The notes beneath the pieces are model-generated. The model ran no database searches. It was given only the letters and a program-made list of their open reading frames with translations, and was not told the origin of the DNA. 64,000 nucleotides of DNA from Selaginella moellendorffii (lineage: Eukaryota > Plantae > Lycopodiophyta), in the NCBI RefSeq assembly GCF_000143415.4, contig NW_003314443.1:65268-129267 (forward strand). The letters run 5' to 3'. This document shows positions 61,801-64,000 of this stretch, piece after piece. Position 1 is the stretch's first letter; every line of letters starts with the position of its first letter. The position numbers and the translations under genes were made by a program.

Positions 61801-64000
61801 CCACCAAGCATAATGCTACAAAAGAAAGGCACAAAGGTCACCCTTCTTAGAAAAGTGCAATGGCCACTTTTCTACACCAACTCTAGACTCTATCCAACTC
61901 AATTGCTTTAGCTTCAAAAGTCAGCATCCCTTTCGGGCTGCATCATACAAACTACTTACTAAGGTCTAAGCCAACCAAAGTTAATTCTAACCCCTTCACT
62001 AGTTTGTATTGGCTTACGAAAACGGAATGGTTTTCGGCAAAGTGATCAACAGATCAGCCATTTGTAGCAACCAAAAACCCAAGTTCAGGGGACTCCGACT
62101 TTGAACCCAGGGCTGCATCGGAGCCATAGATTAAATCATGCACAACATATAGTATATGCTAGCAGTTAGAACCGCTAGCCTTTCAAAAGGGGGAATCCGA
62201 ATTGTGGATCCCTATCTCCATTCCATTGTTTTTCTTATCAATACACAGCATTCTTTTACTCGTGCTTCTTCTCTGCCCTTGGAGATCGGGCCCTTTTCTC
62301 TTTTGTTTTCTTACTAACAATAGATTTCCAACGAAGAAGAGTTTTCACACCTCTTCATTTGGCGACCACGGTGGGATCGTCGATGTTGAACATCCAACTC
62401 TGGGACCACGGCTTCTGAATTCCCCTTCAGGTTCACAAATTCTTCCATTTTTTTTCTCCATTCTCTGTGCGCAGATAGCAAGAACGATCCAGAAATCTAC
62501 CCATCTCGCCCAAATTCGCCCAAATTACGCCCTAATTCGTACATTCGCCCAAATTCAACACGCAAATGCCACTACCACCATGGATCAACGGCGTCCAAGC
62601 AGTTGCTGCCCAACGCAGTAAAGACAGACACTTTCCAGAGGAGATCTTTGAAGAATCTGCAAGCTCTCTCTCAAGATCTCCAAGTCCAATCACCGACGGA
62701 GAACACCAACGACTCTCTTTGACAAGAAACTCCAATCTACCAGCACCTTCATCAGCGAACGCCCTCAGCAGCTTCATTGGCAAACTCCATCTCCAAGCAC
62801 AAGACCACCCACTCCAAGTTCGAGACATCAACCAGCGCCCTCGACACAAACCGACACCACTACCGAAACGAACCCATCTTCCGTGTAGTCGTCGACCCAG
62901 TAATCCTAGCATTCCGACACAAGTCCAATTTCTGCACCCACTCCAATTACCGAAGCACATCCTCAAAACCTACACCAACGACAAACCCATCACTCTGTTA
63001 CCCGGTATCGGACAACTTGTCGAGGGACAACTTCACAAAGCACCACCGATTTTTCGACAACCCCTCCGACAAAGTCAGCAGCTCAGCACTGAAACAACAG
63101 TCCGAACTCGGTTCGAAATCAACACGTTCGCTGCAACAACTCTCGCCAATCACGCCATCGCCCAATCCGGACTCGAACAACTCGACGACATTATCGAAGA
63201 AATCATTCCAGACAAACCCGAATATCCAAAACTCTTCATTGAACTCCATCTCGGCACCAGCACGTGGAAGACCAGTTTGCATACTGCACCAGCACACTCG
63301 ACCCAACACAACTCGGCTGAACACAACCCAACCCAACACACACCACCGTCGATATTTGCACTGAAAAGAAAGAACAAGCTCACAACAACTTTATCAACAA
63401 TTGGCCCACCGACAGTCTTCCCAAAGTTCTGCCCGAACTGCATGATTGACTGCAGACACAAATCTGACACCGACAACCAGTACAAGAATGCATGTATCCA
63501 AAACCACGAAGAACATCCAGCAAGTTGGAAGAAGACCGACAACGGCTTATCCGACGTTTAGATAGAGATTTGAAGAATTTAGAAACAAAGAGAAAGAAAG
63601 ACCAAGAGAAGTTGAATCAAATTGTTAGACCCTCCAAGAGAGAGAATTACATCCGACACGAATTATTACCGCGAGCTAACTCCGACGAATCAGTATCGGA
63701 CATCCGCGAAGAATACGACAACTACACAACACCACCGGACACACCACCGGCAACACCCTCGACAGCACCCACCGAAGTGCCTGAGCCTGAATCAGCACCC
63801 TCGACGGCACCCACCAAAGTGCCCGAGCCCAACCGAACATTCAAGCAGTTGACACAGACTACGCCCGAGCAACAAAACATTTTTCAAGCAGCATACAACC
63901 ACTTCAAAGGTACATTCACCAACCCACATTGTTGCGAACCGGTGAGACCAAGTCGAAAAGCTGCCTGCCATCTTCGCATAACCTTAGTCCCCCTTTTTTT
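58889..64000 (-). mobile_element. Long 3' internal region of element X; no pol domains within the window
   Basis: Follows the PPT; decayed homologues at 7730-9079 and 23148-23515. Confidence 0.65.
62566..63561 (+). CDS. Hypothetical 331-aa ORF antisense to element X
   Basis: ATG-initiated ORF, P/S/T/H-rich, ending in a C-x2-C-x3-C motif (FCPNCMIDC); no known domain. Confidence 0.35.
   Translation: MPLPPWINGVQAVAAQRSKDRHFPEEIFEESASSLSRSPSPITDGEHQRLSLTRNSNLPAPSSANALSSFIGKLHLQAQDHPLQVRDINQRPRHKPTPLPKRTHLPCSRRPSNPSIPTQVQFLHPLQLPKHILKTYTNDKPITLLPGIGQLVEGQLHKAPPIFRQPLRQSQQLSTETTVRTRFEINTFAATTLANHAIAQSGLEQLDDIIEEIIPDKPEYPKLFIELHLGTSTWKTSLHTAPAHSTQHNSAEHNPTQHTPPSIFALKRKNKLTTTLSTIGPPTVFPKFCPNCMIDCRHKSDTDNQYKNACIQNHEEHPASWKKTDNGLSDV

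Overview
Plant nuclear DNA: (CCCTAAA)n telomere-type repeat, compact genes with ~50-60 nt GT-AG introns and PLS-type PPR fragments. The style fits a lycophyte such as Selaginella; this is inferred, not verified. 1-7.1 kb: a decayed DDD-type (Sola-like) DNA transposon studded with ~18 copies of a palindromic motif. 7.3-26.2 kb: nested minus-strand Ty3/gypsy LTR elements, including a chromovirus whose integrase is interrupted by two short spliceosomal-type introns, the most striking observation here. 26.2-37 kb: gene island (orphan secreted ORF, 2OG-Fe(II) oxygenase, ACX3, AAA-type pseudogene, SEC14 protein, START/SRPBCC protein). 36.3-57 kb: a gene-fragment mosaic, first tandemly duplicated and then copied as a near-identical ~6.5-6.9 kb inverted repeat around a truncated LTR-gag/hAT spacer. 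57.3-64 kb: 3' LTR, PPT and long 3' region of another LTR element. Family assignments come from motif recognition by eye; no searches were run.
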